A stretch of 64,000 nucleotides of DNA, from assembly GCA_963727445.1 (NCBI GenBank), contig CAVSGI010000011.1:32001-96000 (forward strand), given 5' to 3'. This DNA is from an uncultured delta proteobacterium. GTDB taxonomy: Bacteria; Myxococcota_A; Polyangia; Polyangiales; B10-G4. The position numbers were made by a program, and so were the translations under genes. Positions 20,284-31,100 of the stretch are shown one piece after another (the stretch's first letter is position 1; every line of letters starts with the position of its first letter). A model generated the notes under the pieces. That model saw only the letters and a program-made list of their open reading frames with translations. It had not been told where the DNA came from and ran no database searches.

Positions 20284-20808
20284 ATGGATCCGATCGAAGA
20301 AGAGCTGGCGATCGTCGAGGAGCGAAGCTCGGAGCCGCCGACCATCACGCCGGACGTGCTCGACGAGCCGATCTCCGAGCTCTGCGACGGCCCGGCGATC
20401 TCGGTCTCGTCCTCGGCCACCATCGGCGAGGCGATCCGGATGATGCAGGAGCACCGGATCGGCTCGGTGTTGGTGGTCGACGGTGAGCGGTTGGCCGGAA
20501 TCGTCACCGAGCGCGATGTGCTCACCAAGGTCACCGGCAAGGACCTGTCTTTTCAGGAGTCGCCGGTGACCAAGGTGATGACCGCCGACCCCGAGACCTT
20601 GCAGCCGGGCGACAGCCTCATCTTCCTGATGAACAAGATGCACGTCGGCGGCTTCCGCCACGTGCCCATCGTCGATCCGGAGGGCAAGCCCCTGCACGTC
20701 CTGTCGCTACGCGCCGTGCTCCGCTACCTCATCGAGCAGTTCGGCGCGCGCGTCATGAACATCCCGCCCGACCCGTTCCGCGGCGAGAGCAAGGAGGGGA
20801 GCGGGTAG
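20284..20808 (+). CDS. CBS-domain pair protein
   Basis: AIRMMQEHRIGSVLVVDGERLAGIVTERD...VMT...GGFRHVPIVD. Confidence 0.9.
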   Translation: MDPIEEELAIVEERSSEPPTITPDVLDEPISELCDGPAISVSSSATIGEAIRMMQEHRIGSVLVVDGERLAGIVTERDVLTKVTGKDLSFQESPVTKVMTADPETLQPGDSLIFLMNKMHVGGFRHVPIVDPEGKPLHVLSLRAVLRYLIEQFGARVMNIPPDPFRGESKEGSG

Positions 20809-20818
20809 CTCCCCGCTC

Positions 20819-21856
20819 TCACTCGCAGCCCTGCTGCGCGGCATCGCGCAAGAAGGCGTCCACGGCGCGCGCCTGCGTGCGCGCGAGGTCCTCGTGCATG
20901 CCGAAACGGGTGATGGCGATGGCGTAGGGCGCACCCTCGTCGGTCGCGTAGACGGTGTAGTCCTCGTCGCCGCTGCGCCAGACGCAGCGCGCCGGGTTGC
21001 GGTTGCACTCGCGCGGACGGCGGTGGCGCATGGTGCCGAGGCGCTCCGAAAACGCGGCGGCGGCGTCGTCGCCGCAGTGGTGCTCGGTGAGCGCCTCGGG
21101 CACGAGGCCGGTCTGTTCCGAGACGAAGACGCTGAGCTGCGAAGGCGGCGCGGCGTCGGCAGAGCGCACCGCCTCGTGAACGCCGCAGACGCCGTCGCCG
21201 CCCCGGACGAAGGTGCGCGCAGCACTACCCTCGCGATTGGGAATGCGCTGCGGGTAGTGGACGATGGCGTTGAGGAAGACCGTGTCGCCTTCGCCTTCGC
21301 GAAAGAAGAACGCGTAGCCGGCGCGCGAGTCGTCTTTCACGGTGCAGCGCGAGAGCTCGCGATTGCAGCTGAACTCGTCGCCGTGGTTGAACACGAAGCC
21401 CAGCCCGGGGTTGTTGGCGATGTTCCGCATCTCGCAGTACTGGTGGATCCCCGCCTCGGCCGGGTCGAAGACACCCACGCCCCACGCCGGATCGACCAGG
21501 CGGCGAAAAGCGAGCCGGTCGGTGGCCGCGGCGAGGATGGCGGCTTCGAGCGTCTCGGCGGTGGGGGAGGTCAAGGGCGGCTCGGCGGGCGCCGCCTCGG
21601 CGACCTCTTCCTCTGCTTCTTCTTCCTCTTCTTCTGCCTCGGTCTCCGAGTCGATTTCCGTCTCCGACTCGGTCTCCGTCTCCGCCACCGTCTCGGTCTC
21701 CGCGCCCGACTCCGTTTCCGTCGCCGTCTCCGTCTCCGTCTCCGAGACCGTCTCGGTCTCCGCGGCCGTATCGGTCTCGGTCTCCGCCACCGGCTGCGCG
21801 CCCCCACAGCCCACGACCGCGCACAGAAGCGCGGCTCCCCAATGCGTTCCCTTCAT
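20819..21856 (-). CDS. hypothetical lipoprotein with Glu/Thr low-complexity linker
   Basis: VVGC lipobox, (ET)n and poly-E tract, Cys-containing C-terminal domain. Confidence 0.75.
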   Translation of the reverse strand: MKGTHWGAALLCAVVGCGGAQPVAETETDTAAETETVSETETETATETESGAETETVAETETESETEIDSETEAEEEEEEAEEEVAEAAPAEPPLTSPTAETLEAAILAAATDRLAFRRLVDPAWGVGVFDPAEAGIHQYCEMRNIANNPGLGFVFNHGDEFSCNRELSRCTVKDDSRAGYAFFFREGEGDTVFLNAIVHYPQRIPNREGSAARTFVRGGDGVCGVHEAVRSADAAPPSQLSVFVSEQTGLVPEALTEHHCGDDAAAAFSERLGTMRHRRPRECNRNPARCVWRSGDEDYTVYATDEGAPYAIAITRFGMHEDLARTQARAVDAFLRDAAQQGCE

Positions 21857-21942
21857 GGCCGCAGAGGGTAGCGAAAAATCTCTGCCCGGGTGTAAGCGCG
21901 CCCCCGGAGCGGCGTTTCTCCGCTGAACGACGGAGGAAGGCC

Positions 21943-23478
21943 ATGAATCGAGTCACGAAAATTGCCTGTGTCCTCGCGCTGATCGGCGCGACGGGAGCCT
22001 GTGGGGGCGCGACCTATTACTCGAGCCCGGCGGAGGGCGATTACGCGGCGGATGAAGCGGGCGGCTATTACGGGGGCGAGATGGCGGAGGCCACGGGGGC
22101 CGACTACCAGGCGGGCGAGAGCTACTCCCACACCGAGGAGAGCCCGGTCATCGACACGCGACAGGATCGCCTGGCGACCTTCTCTCTCGACGTCGACACC
22201 GCGAGCTACACCATCATGCGCCGCGACATCGACTCCGGCCGGCTCCCGGAGCCCGCCAGCGTGCGCGCCGAAGAGTACGTGAACTTCTTCGACTTCGAAG
22301 ATCGCGGGCCCGACCCGCAGTCGGACACCCCCTTCGCGGTGCACCTCGAGGCGGCGCCCTCACCCTTCGGCCAGGGCAAGCACCTGCTCCGCATCGGCGT
22401 TCGCGCCATGGACGTGGCCGAGCAGGCGCGCCCCCGCACCAACCTCGTCTTCCTCGTCGACGTCTCCGGCTCGATGGCGTCGTCGGAGAAGCTCGGCCTC
22501 GTGCAGTACTCGCTCCAGCAGCTTTCGCAGAACCTCCGCGGAAACGACCGGGTCGCGATCGTGACCTACGCCGGCGCAGACCGCATCGTCCTGCCGCCGA
22601 CCGAGCTCAGCCACCGCGCGCCGGTCGAGCAGGGCATCGCGGGTCTCAGCGCTGGCGGCGGCACCAACGGCGCCGCGGGCATCCGCACCGCCTACGACCT
22701 GGCCGCCCAGCACCTCGTCCGCGGCGGCATCAACCGCGTCATCCTCTGCACGGACGGCGACTTCAACGTCGGCCTCACCGGTGAAGGGCTCATCCAGGAG
22801 GTCGAGCGCCGCCGGGAGCAGGGCATCACCCTGAGCGTGTTCGGCTTCGGGCGCGGAAACCTGAACGACTCCTTCATGGAGCAGCTCGCCGACCGCGGCA
22901 ACGGCAACTACGGCTTCATCGACAACCGCCGCGAGGCGGACCGCGCCCTCGGCCGCGACCTCTCGGCGACCCTGCAGGTGGTCGCCAAGGACGCCAAGGT
23001 GCAGGTCGAGCTCAACGACCGCATCGTGCAGAGCCACCGCATCATCGGCTACGACAACCGCATCCTCGCCCACGAGGACTTCGCTGACGACACGGTGGAC
23101 GCGGCCGAGGTCGGCGCGGGCGATTTCGTCACCGCGTTCATCGAGATCGAGCTTCGCGATGGCGTCGACCTGCGGCAGACCACCGAGTCCCTCGCCGAGG
23201 TTCGCCTCCGCTACAAGGATGCCGACGGCGACCAGAGCTACCTCCGCCGTTATCCCTTCACCGCTCAGGACGCCGTCGGCAGCTTCGAGCGCGCCTCGAG
23301 CTCCTTCCGCTTCGGCGCGGCGGTGGTCGAGTACGCCGAGATCCTCGCCCACTCCCAGCACGCGGACGCCGCCGAGCTCCCGCGCGTCATCGCCATCGCC
23401 GAGGGGGCGCTGGGCCAGCAGGAGGAGCAGCGCGAGTTCGTCGAGCTGGCGCGACGGGCCCAGCAGCTGATGCGCTGA
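21943..23478 (+). CDS. vWA-domain lipoprotein, YfbK/DUF3520 type
   Basis: TGAC lipobox, STFS-like TFSLDVDTASY, NLVFLVDVSGSM (MIDAS), NRVILCTDGDFNVG, LADRGNGNY. Confidence 0.92.
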   Translation: MNRVTKIACVLALIGATGACGGATYYSSPAEGDYAADEAGGYYGGEMAEATGADYQAGESYSHTEESPVIDTRQDRLATFSLDVDTASYTIMRRDIDSGRLPEPASVRAEEYVNFFDFEDRGPDPQSDTPFAVHLEAAPSPFGQGKHLLRIGVRAMDVAEQARPRTNLVFLVDVSGSMASSEKLGLVQYSLQQLSQNLRGNDRVAIVTYAGADRIVLPPTELSHRAPVEQGIAGLSAGGGTNGAAGIRTAYDLAAQHLVRGGINRVILCTDGDFNVGLTGEGLIQEVERRREQGITLSVFGFGRGNLNDSFMEQLADRGNGNYGFIDNRREADRALGRDLSATLQVVAKDAKVQVELNDRIVQSHRIIGYDNRILAHEDFADDTVDAAEVGAGDFVTAFIEIELRDGVDLRQTTESLAEVRLRYKDADGDQSYLRRYPFTAQDAVGSFERASSSFRFGAAVVEYAEILAHSQHADAAELPRVIAIAEGALGQQEEQREFVELARRAQQLMR

Positions 23479-23500
23479 CGAATCGACGCCGTCCTGACCG

Positions 23501-23533
23501 GACCCCGCTCTCCGCCCTGTGGAGAGCGGGGTC
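23501..23533. terminator. stem-loop downstream of the vWA gene (possible terminator, no U tract)
   Basis: GACCCCGCTCTCC-gccctgt-GGAGAGCGGGGTC, perfect 13-bp stem. Confidence 0.45.
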
Positions 23534-23601
23534 TCGTCGCTCGTGGCGTGCATTGTCACGAGCGGCGCGTAGCTCAGCGGGTGTAGTCTGCCGCCCGAGA
23601 A

Positions 23602-24873
23602 ATGAAGAAGGTCTCCGCCAAAGAAGCCGTCGCCGTCGTGCGCTCCGGCCATCGCGTCTATCTCCACGAGGCGTCGATGGTGCCCATCGTTCTGGTGGAG
23701 GCGTTGGTCGAGCGCAAAGACGAGCTCGAGAGCGTCGAGATCGTCCACCTCCACACCGACGGCCCCGCGCCCTACGCGGACTCGAGCTGCTCCAAGAGCT
23801 TCCGTCACAACGCGCTCTTCGCCGGTCCGAACGTGCGAGACGCCATCGAGGCGGGGCGCGCCGACTTCACGCCGGTCTTCCTCTCGGAGATCCCCTCCAT
23901 CTTCCGCGACGGGACGCTCCCCATCGACGTGACCTTCATCCAGGTGACGCCGCCCGACGCTCACGGCTTCTGCCGTCTCGGTCTCTCCATCGCGACGGCG
24001 CTCTCCGCGGTGGAGCACGCGAAGATCGTGGTCGCCGAGATCAACCCGCGCGTCCCGCATACGATGGGCACGTCCGCCGTGCACGTCTCGGAGATCGACT
24101 ACGCGGTGGAGGTCGACCACCCCCTTCCGACGGTGGAGCCCGCGCCCTTCGGCCCGATCGAGGAGGCGATCGGCAGGAATGTCGCCGCCCTGGTACCGGA
24201 CGGGGCCACGCTGCAGGTGGGGATCGGCAACGTCCCCAACGCCGTGATGGCGGCGCTGAAAGGGCACCGAGACCTGGGCCTGCACACCGAGATGATGAGC
24301 GACGGTCTGGTCGAGCTGATCGAGGCGGGGGTGATCACCAACAGTCTCAAGACGCGATTCGAGCGACGTGGCGTCTGCTCCTTCGCGATGGGGAGCGACA
24401 AGCTCCATCGCTTCCTCGACGGCAATCCCATCGTCGAGATGCACCCGAGTCACATCGTCAACGACCCGAACGAGGTCGGTAAGCAGCATCTGATGACGTC
24501 GATCAACTCGGCCATCGAGATCGACATCACGGGTCAGGTCTGCGCCGACTCGGTGGGCGAGCGCATCTTCAGCGGCATCGGCGGACAGATGGACTTCGTG
24601 CAGGGCTCCCTGCGTTCCCCCGGCGGCAAGGCGATCATCGCGCTCCCCTCCACCACCCGCGGCGGCAAGATCTCGCGCATCGTCCCCCAGCTCCGCCCCG
24701 GAGCCGGCGTCGTCACCACCCGCGGCCACGTCCACTGGGTCGTCACCGAGCACGGCGCCGTGAACCTCCGCGGCCGCACCCTGCGCGAACGGGCCAAGCT
24801 CCTCACCTCCATCGCCCACCCCGACTTCCGCGCCGGCCTCCGCGCCGCCGCCGCCGCCCGCAATCTCTGCTGA
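23602..24873 (+). CDS. acetyl-CoA hydrolase / 4-hydroxybutyrate CoA-transferase family protein
   Basis: DGATLQVGIG, LGLHTEM, SINSAIEIDITGQV, GIGGQMDF, VVTEHG. Confidence 0.93.
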   Translation: MKKVSAKEAVAVVRSGHRVYLHEASMVPIVLVEALVERKDELESVEIVHLHTDGPAPYADSSCSKSFRHNALFAGPNVRDAIEAGRADFTPVFLSEIPSIFRDGTLPIDVTFIQVTPPDAHGFCRLGLSIATALSAVEHAKIVVAEINPRVPHTMGTSAVHVSEIDYAVEVDHPLPTVEPAPFGPIEEAIGRNVAALVPDGATLQVGIGNVPNAVMAALKGHRDLGLHTEMMSDGLVELIEAGVITNSLKTRFERRGVCSFAMGSDKLHRFLDGNPIVEMHPSHIVNDPNEVGKQHLMTSINSAIEIDITGQVCADSVGERIFSGIGGQMDFVQGSLRSPGGKAIIALPSTTRGGKISRIVPQLRPGAGVVTTRGHVHWVVTEHGAVNLRGRTLRERAKLLTSIAHPDFRAGLRAAAAARNLC

Positions 24874-25014
24874 GGCACTGCTGGGGAGGCTGGACCACGC
24901 TGGAGCGACATGCGCTCCATCGGGTGGGCAGGGTGGCCACTCGCGGATGCATTAAGTCTTTGTCAATGGCGCTCAGAGCTCGGCACCTGCCTTGCAGTCC
25001 CGACGCTCGAACCA

Positions 25015-26064
25015 ATGAAGCCGGCAACTCCGAGTCCCCGCGCCGGTTGGGTTCTGATCGCGCTGATGATCGGGTGCTCTTCTGCGCCGATGCCGAGCGA
25101 TCGGGCACCCGACCCTTCTTCGCCTTCCGATGGCGGCACCCGCCTGATGCCCGATGGGGCCGCGTCGGCTGACGACGCCGGCGCGCCTGGTCGGCCACCC
25201 GACGCATCCACACCGCCCGATACCGGCGCGCCCACCGCCACCGGCGGGGACGGATGTGGTCTCGACCCCGGCGACAACGATCGCGTCTGGACCCTCGAGC
25301 ACGACGGGCGCACGCGTCGCTTCGCGGTGCACTTCCCCGCCGGGTACGACCCCGACGCGCCGACGCCCGTGGTCATCGATCTTCACGGCCGCAACAGCAA
25401 CGCGAGCCAGGAGATGATCGTGTCGGGCATGCGCAGCAAGGGAGATCGCGAAGGCTTCATCGCGGTCCATCCCGAGGGCGTGGACGAGACCTGGAACGCC
25501 GGGATCTGCTGCGGCAGCGCCATGAGCAACGACGTGGACGACGTGGGCTTCGTCGCTGCGCTCCTCGACGCCCTCGAAAGCGCGCTCTGCATCGACACCG
25601 ATCGCGTTTTTGCCACCGGGCTGTCGAATGGCGGCTACATGGCGCATCGCCTCGCATGCGATCTCGCGGACCGTATCGCGGCCGTCGCCCCGGTGTCGGG
25701 GCCCAACGGCACGGTCCCCTGCTCACCCGCGAGACCGATATCCGTCCTTCACTTTCACGGGACCGACGACAACATCGTCCCCTACGACGGGTTCGGCGGC
25801 TTCTTCTCGGTGCCCGACACGATGCAGGAGTGGGCGCAGCGGAACGGCTGCTCTGCCACGAGCGAGGTGTACCTGACGATGGGCGACGTCACCTGCAAGC
25901 GCTGGCCCGGCTGCCGTGACGGCGTCAGCGTGGAGCTCTGCACCATCGACGGAGGGGGCCATCAGTGGCCTGGTGGGACGACAATCCCCTTCCTCGGCAA
26001 CAACACGAACGACATCCACGCCACCGACGCGATGTGGACCTTCTTCCAGGCCCACCCGCGCTGA
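25015..26064 (+). CDS. LpqP-like (PHB depolymerase family) esterase, probable lipoprotein
   Basis: MIGC lipobox, WNAGICCG, DDVGFV, GLSNG nucleophile elbow, HGTDD, GGHQWPG. Confidence 0.88.
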   Translation: MKPATPSPRAGWVLIALMIGCSSAPMPSDRAPDPSSPSDGGTRLMPDGAASADDAGAPGRPPDASTPPDTGAPTATGGDGCGLDPGDNDRVWTLEHDGRTRRFAVHFPAGYDPDAPTPVVIDLHGRNSNASQEMIVSGMRSKGDREGFIAVHPEGVDETWNAGICCGSAMSNDVDDVGFVAALLDALESALCIDTDRVFATGLSNGGYMAHRLACDLADRIAAVAPVSGPNGTVPCSPARPISVLHFHGTDDNIVPYDGFGGFFSVPDTMQEWAQRNGCSATSEVYLTMGDVTCKRWPGCRDGVSVELCTIDGGGHQWPGGTTIPFLGNNTNDIHATDAMWTFFQAHPR

Positions 26065-26082
26065 GGCTCCGTCTCCGCGCGC

Positions 26083-26685
26083 TCAGAGCTCGTGGAAGAT
26101 CGGCTCGCGGATGCTCGTGAACTCTTTGATGGCCGCGAGCGCCGCGTCGTCGAGACGGGTGAAGCGGATCCCCATCCCCGTGTTCAGGTTGCTGTCGAAG
26201 GTCAGGCCTTCGCGCGTCCAAGCGACCACGCCCTCGGCTTGGATCTCGATGCCGCCGGGAAAGGCGAAAGAGAGCGTCACCGCAGTGTCGATCGCCAGCA
26301 ACGAAACGGTGGTGACGAAGATGCCCCCCTCGGAGATGTCCCCGGAGAAGCCGACGAAGAAGTTCGTCTCGGTCTGCAGACCGATCTCGACGTTGATCTG
26401 AGCGCGCGGCGACTTGCGCCGCTCGTCCTCGACCACCGCTGGCGCCGCGCCGTCCCGACCATCGTCCGCGGCCTCGGGCACCGAGGGCGAGCCGGATGCC
26501 TCGTACCAGTCGCGGTAGGCCTTTACGAGCGCGTCCTTCTTGCTGTTCTTGCCCCGGTCGATTCCCACCGACTTGAGCTGGCCGATCATCTTCTTCTTGC
26601 TCAGCTTGGCGAAGGCTTCGGGTGTGGGTCGGGCCGGCTCCGACTTCTTGGCTTCGCTCTCGGGCGTGCTCGCGTCAGTCCGCAT
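26083..26685 (-). CDS. TIGR02266-type PilZ-domain protein
   Basis: ERRKSPR, NFFVGFSGDISEGGIFV, GVVAWTR, GMGIRF, REPIF. Confidence 0.85.
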   Translation of the reverse strand: MRTDASTPESEAKKSEPARPTPEAFAKLSKKKMIGQLKSVGIDRGKNSKKDALVKAYRDWYEASGSPSVPEAADDGRDGAAPAVVEDERRKSPRAQINVEIGLQTETNFFVGFSGDISEGGIFVTTVSLLAIDTAVTLSFAFPGGIEIQAEGVVAWTREGLTFDSNLNTGMGIRFTRLDDAALAAIKEFTSIREPIFHEL

Positions 26686-26700
26686 CGTCAGGGCCGTCCT

Positions 26701-28153
26701 TCAGGTGTCGCGCGATTTCGCAGCCTCTTCCTCGCGGAGGAGAGACGCGAGCTGTGCAGTGATCGCATCCATCTGTCTCTGCCGATACTTCGGCCCGATC
26801 TCGTTCTCTTCGAACATGCGCTCCAGATCCGCGGCCTGGTCGAGGAGGTCCTTCTTCTGAAGCTTGCGAGCGCGCGCCGCGTGAACCGGGTCGCCGGCGC
26901 CGCTGCGATAGGCGAAGAGCAGGCCCATGATCAAGAAGACGAGCCCCGCACCGACCGCGATCCAGCGCTCGGGCCCCGGGCCCTCGATACCCGACAGGTG
27001 AATGACGAGCTCCTCGAGGGGAGGATCGGTGGGCTCGCGCTGCAACTCGGTGATCAGCAGCCGGTGACCTTCGGTCTCGGCGACCTCGGCCGAAGGCATG
27101 CCTGCGACGTCGAGGCGCATGTCGGGAGAGGCCAGCGCTTCGACCCGCACCGCGAAGGTGCGGAAGGGAACGGGGACGCGGAAGTCGATCTCGGTTCCGT
27201 CGAGCTCGAGGTCGTAGGCGTAGACCAGGTTGACGCGACCTGGCGGCAGGGAGCCCTCGAGGGTGAAGCCACCCTCCCTCTCGGCGAAGCGCTGGTCGGT
27301 CATGACCTCCTGAGACTGGAAGGCGGTGGCGCCTTCCGGCAGCGCGACCTCCAGGCCCTCGGTCGGGAAGACGTAGAATCTCGCGCGCCAGGTTCACCAG
27401 CTGCAGCTGGTGGACGACGTGGAGGCGCTCCGAGCGGAGCTCGAGGAAGGTGCGATGCAGCATCAAGAGCACGGCGCGGCTAGAGCGCGTGGTGGGCAGC
27501 TTGATGATCGAGACGTGGTAGCCCTGGTCGCTGGGGAGCTGGAAGGGATCCGAGCTCATGCGGGCACCGTCGGCGTAGACGTTGATGCGATAGGCCTGCG
27601 ACTGGCCCGTGGGCAGGTCGGAGAAGAGGGTGAGACCGGTGTCGTCCGTCTCCTGCCGGTTGTGGTCGCGCTCGCCGTCCTGGTGCATCACGGCGAGCTC
27701 CACCTCGACGCCATCCACCGGTAGGCCGTTTTCGTCCACGACCATCACTCGGATCGCGCCGACCGGCACCTCGCGGCTGGGAAGCGCCGAGGAGAGCTCG
27801 GCGGCTTCGCCCGACAGGGCCTGCCGAATGTGGTCGTCTGGCACGCCGGGCTCGTCCCGCTCCTCGCGCGCTTCCTGATCGGTGCGCACTTCTTCGTCAG
27901 CGATTTGCTGGCGCGCTTCGACGGGACCGGTGGGCGGCGGATGACCGGGCGGCAGCGCCTGCTGCGTGGGGTGGCCAGGCGGCAGCGCTTGCTGGGTGGG
28001 ATGGCCGGGCGGCATCGCCTGCTGGGTCGGCGGATGGCCTGGCGGCGTCGCCTGGGTCGGCGGATGCCCGGGCGGAAGGGGCCCTTCGGGCTGCTGGGCA
28101 GCGGCCGAGAGCGGAAGGAGGAGGAGAGCGGCGATGAGCAGGCTACGCATCAC
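26701..28153 (-). CDS. secreted/membrane protein downstream of ccmF, with PPGHP repeats; one frameshift near 27380
   Basis: Signal peptide, 5x PPGHP, Ig-like domain; the frame breaks at NLAREI and continues FYVFPTEGLEVALPEG...MTDQRF (26701-27303 ORF) to a TM helix and CcmI-like LLDQAADLE..EIG..Y; span is 3n+1. Confidence 0.7.
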
Positions 28154-31100
28154 TTGTCCTCCTCTTCGTCGTCGGAGTCCTCTTCATCGTCGGAGTCGTC
28201 TTCGTCGTCGGAGTCGTCTTCGTCGTCGGAGTCGTCTTCGTCGTCGGAGTCGTCTTCGTCGTCGGAGTCCTCTTCGTCGTCGGAGCCGTCTTCGTCGTCG
28301 GAGCCCTCCTCGGCTTCGGCCTCGGCTTCGGCCTCCGCCTTGGACGCGGCCTCTGTCTCTGTCTCGGCCTCTGTCTCTGTCTCGGCCTCCGACGCTTCTT
28401 CCTCCTCCGCCGTCATCTTCACCACGAACTTGTGCGCGCACTTCTTACAGAAGGCCGCGTCGGGGTCGTTCCAGGTGTCGCACTCCTCGCACTTGTGCTC
28501 GCTCACGCGGGCGCCGCAGGCCTTGCACCAATCGGCGTCGCCATCGTTCTCGGTTTCGCAGCTCCAGCAGGTGATGGAACCGGCGAGCGGCGGGGTGGAA
28601 TCGGGGTGCGCCTCGCTCTCGGGCTTCGCCTTGGCCTTCGATTTCGACGTCTTCGGCTTTTTCTTCTTCTTCGCGGCGTCGTCGCGTAGGCGATCGCGGT
28701 AGGGCGAGCCCCTGCCGAGCTTCTCGAGGTGGTTCGCGACCAGCTTCTCGGCGTCGACCACGAAGGCGGCGATGTCCTCGTCGAGGAGCTTGAGGACCTC
28801 GCGCGCGCGGGCGCGGAGGCGCCGCTCGAGGCGGTCGTAGTCCTCGTCCGAGATCTTGCCCATGTCGCGCTCGAACGCGAGGTCCTTGAGGCTCTTCACC
28901 AGGGCGTCCTTCTCCTCCCCCAGCGCCTGCCGCTCGACGCTCGGGGCCGTCGCCGCGAAGGCCAGCGCCTCTTCGGCGCCGAAGGCCCCGCGAAGGCTCT
29001 GCCAGAGGAACCCGAGGAAGGCGAGAACTACCACCGCGGCCAGGAAGATGAACACCATGCCCATCGCCTGCGTCGCACCAAAGCGCAGCATCAGCGCGGC
29101 GATTGTCAGCACCACCAGCGCCGCACCCCCACGGGTGAAGGCACGCAGGCGCTGAACCCGTGCGTTTGCCTCGCGTATGGTGCCTTCGCGCCCGAGGATC
29201 TCCTTCACCGACGGGGAGACAGCGATGAAGGTGCCGAAGATCAGGAAGAGCGCACCGATCCAGATCCACATCACCAGCGGCCGGACGATCACGCGGAAGG
29301 TGCCGCGTCGGCTCTGGGGGTCGACCGACGCCATGATCACGTAGATGTCCTCCACCACACCGTAGCGGATGGCGACCTCGGTGGTGGGCATGTCCGGATG
29401 CGTCCGGTAGATGAACTTCGCCGGCGAGACCAGCGCGACTTCGTCGCCTTCGTCGTCGAGGATGGTCATGTCGGTGAAGACCATCCGCTTCGAGCCGTCG
29501 TTCTCCATCCGCACGTCGTCGTAACGGATCTGGTAGCCCTTGATGTCGAGCGACTCGCCCGGACGGAGCGCCGCTTCCTTCTCGACGTCGTAGGCCGCAC
29601 CGGTGAAGCCGATGTACATCAGCACCACCGCGACGTGGACGAGGTAGCCGCCGTAACGGCGCTTCGCGCGGCTGACGAGGGTGACGAGCGCCGTGCCGAA
29701 GCTCTCCCCCTTGCTCCGCATGCGCACCGACGTGCCCCGCCAGAACTCCTGTACGACGGTGGCGACCACGAAGACGCAGGTGATGACCGAGATCAGCGGC
29801 GCGACGGAGAAGAGCGCGGCCAGGACTTTGTCGGCCGGCGCGTCGTAGACCGCTTCGGCTGGGATGTACGCGGGGAAGCCCACGGCCGAGCCAAAGGCGA
29901 GGTGCAACAGACCCGCGCCGAGCGCGACGGACACAGGAATGGTGAAGGCGCGGACGAGGTTCTTACCCGTGGCCTTGCGCCAGGAGATGAGCGGACCAAC
30001 GCCGGCGAGGATCAACAGCACGATGCCGTAGGGCACCATCCACCGGTTGTAGATGGGGGGGCCGACGGTGACTTCCTCGGACCACAGCCACTCGGACAGG
30101 AGCGGGAAGGTGGTGAGCACCAGGGTGGTCACCATCATGGCGACCAGGATCCAGTTGTTCAGAAGGAAGGCGAACTCCCGGCTCGCGAGCGATTCGATCT
30201 TGTGGACCGCCTTCAGCTCCTTCCAGCGCCAGACGATGAGCGCGGTGCAGACGACCGCGATGAAGCCCATGTACCAGACGAAATAGATGCCGATGTTGCT
30301 CTCGGCAAAGGAGTGGACGCTGGCGATCAGCCCCGAACGGGTCAGGAACGTCCCGAAGATCGTCATGAAGAAGGTCAGACAGATCAGGAAGAGGTTCCAG
30401 CCCTTCAGCATCCCGTAGCGTTCTTGGATGATCACGGAGTGCAGGAAGGCCGTGCCGACCAGCCAGGGCATGAAGGAGGCGTTCTCCACCGGATCCCATG
30501 CCCAGTAACCGCCCCACCCGAGCTCCTCGTAGGACCAGAGCGCGCCGAGCAGTAGGCCGCACGACAGGAAGAGCCACGCCATGAGCGTCCACTTGCGAAT
30601 GGCGAGGAGCCACTCGTCGTGGAGACGCCCGGTGGCGAGCGCGGCGACGGCGAAGGAGAAGGGGATCGACCAACCGACGAAGCCCATGTAGAGCGTCGGC
30701 GGGTGAATGATCATCCAGTAGTTCTGAAGGAGCGGGTTGAGCCCCTCTCCGTCCATGGGCGTCGACGCGGGCGTGATGGCGAAGGGGTTCGCCGCGAAGA
30801 GCATCAGGATCTGGAAGAAGGCGAGGATGCTCATCAGGGTCGCGATGACCCAGGGCTGAAGCTCGACGAAGCGGCCGCGCATCCAGCGCGTGCACACCGC
30901 CGTCCATCCGCTCAAGAGGAACGACCACCACAGCAGTGACCCGTCCTGGCCGCCCCATAGAGAGGTGACGAGGTACCACCACGCCATGGAGCGATCGCTG
31001 TAGCGAGCGACGTAGCGAATGCGGAAGTCGTGCGTCTGGAACGCGTACGCCAACAGGCAGATGCCCAGCGCGATGAGCGCACAGGTCGCGTAGGCGCCGA

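Noticed and set aside
21600..21790. GTCTCC/GTCTCG hexamer-like repeats
   Set aside because: Coding low-complexity (ET)n linker of a lipoprotein
27360..27400. Programmed frameshifting at 27380, 34887 or 54270
   Set aside because: No slippery heptamer seen; isolated 1-bp indels are more simply sequencing or polishing errors given the dnaK pattern
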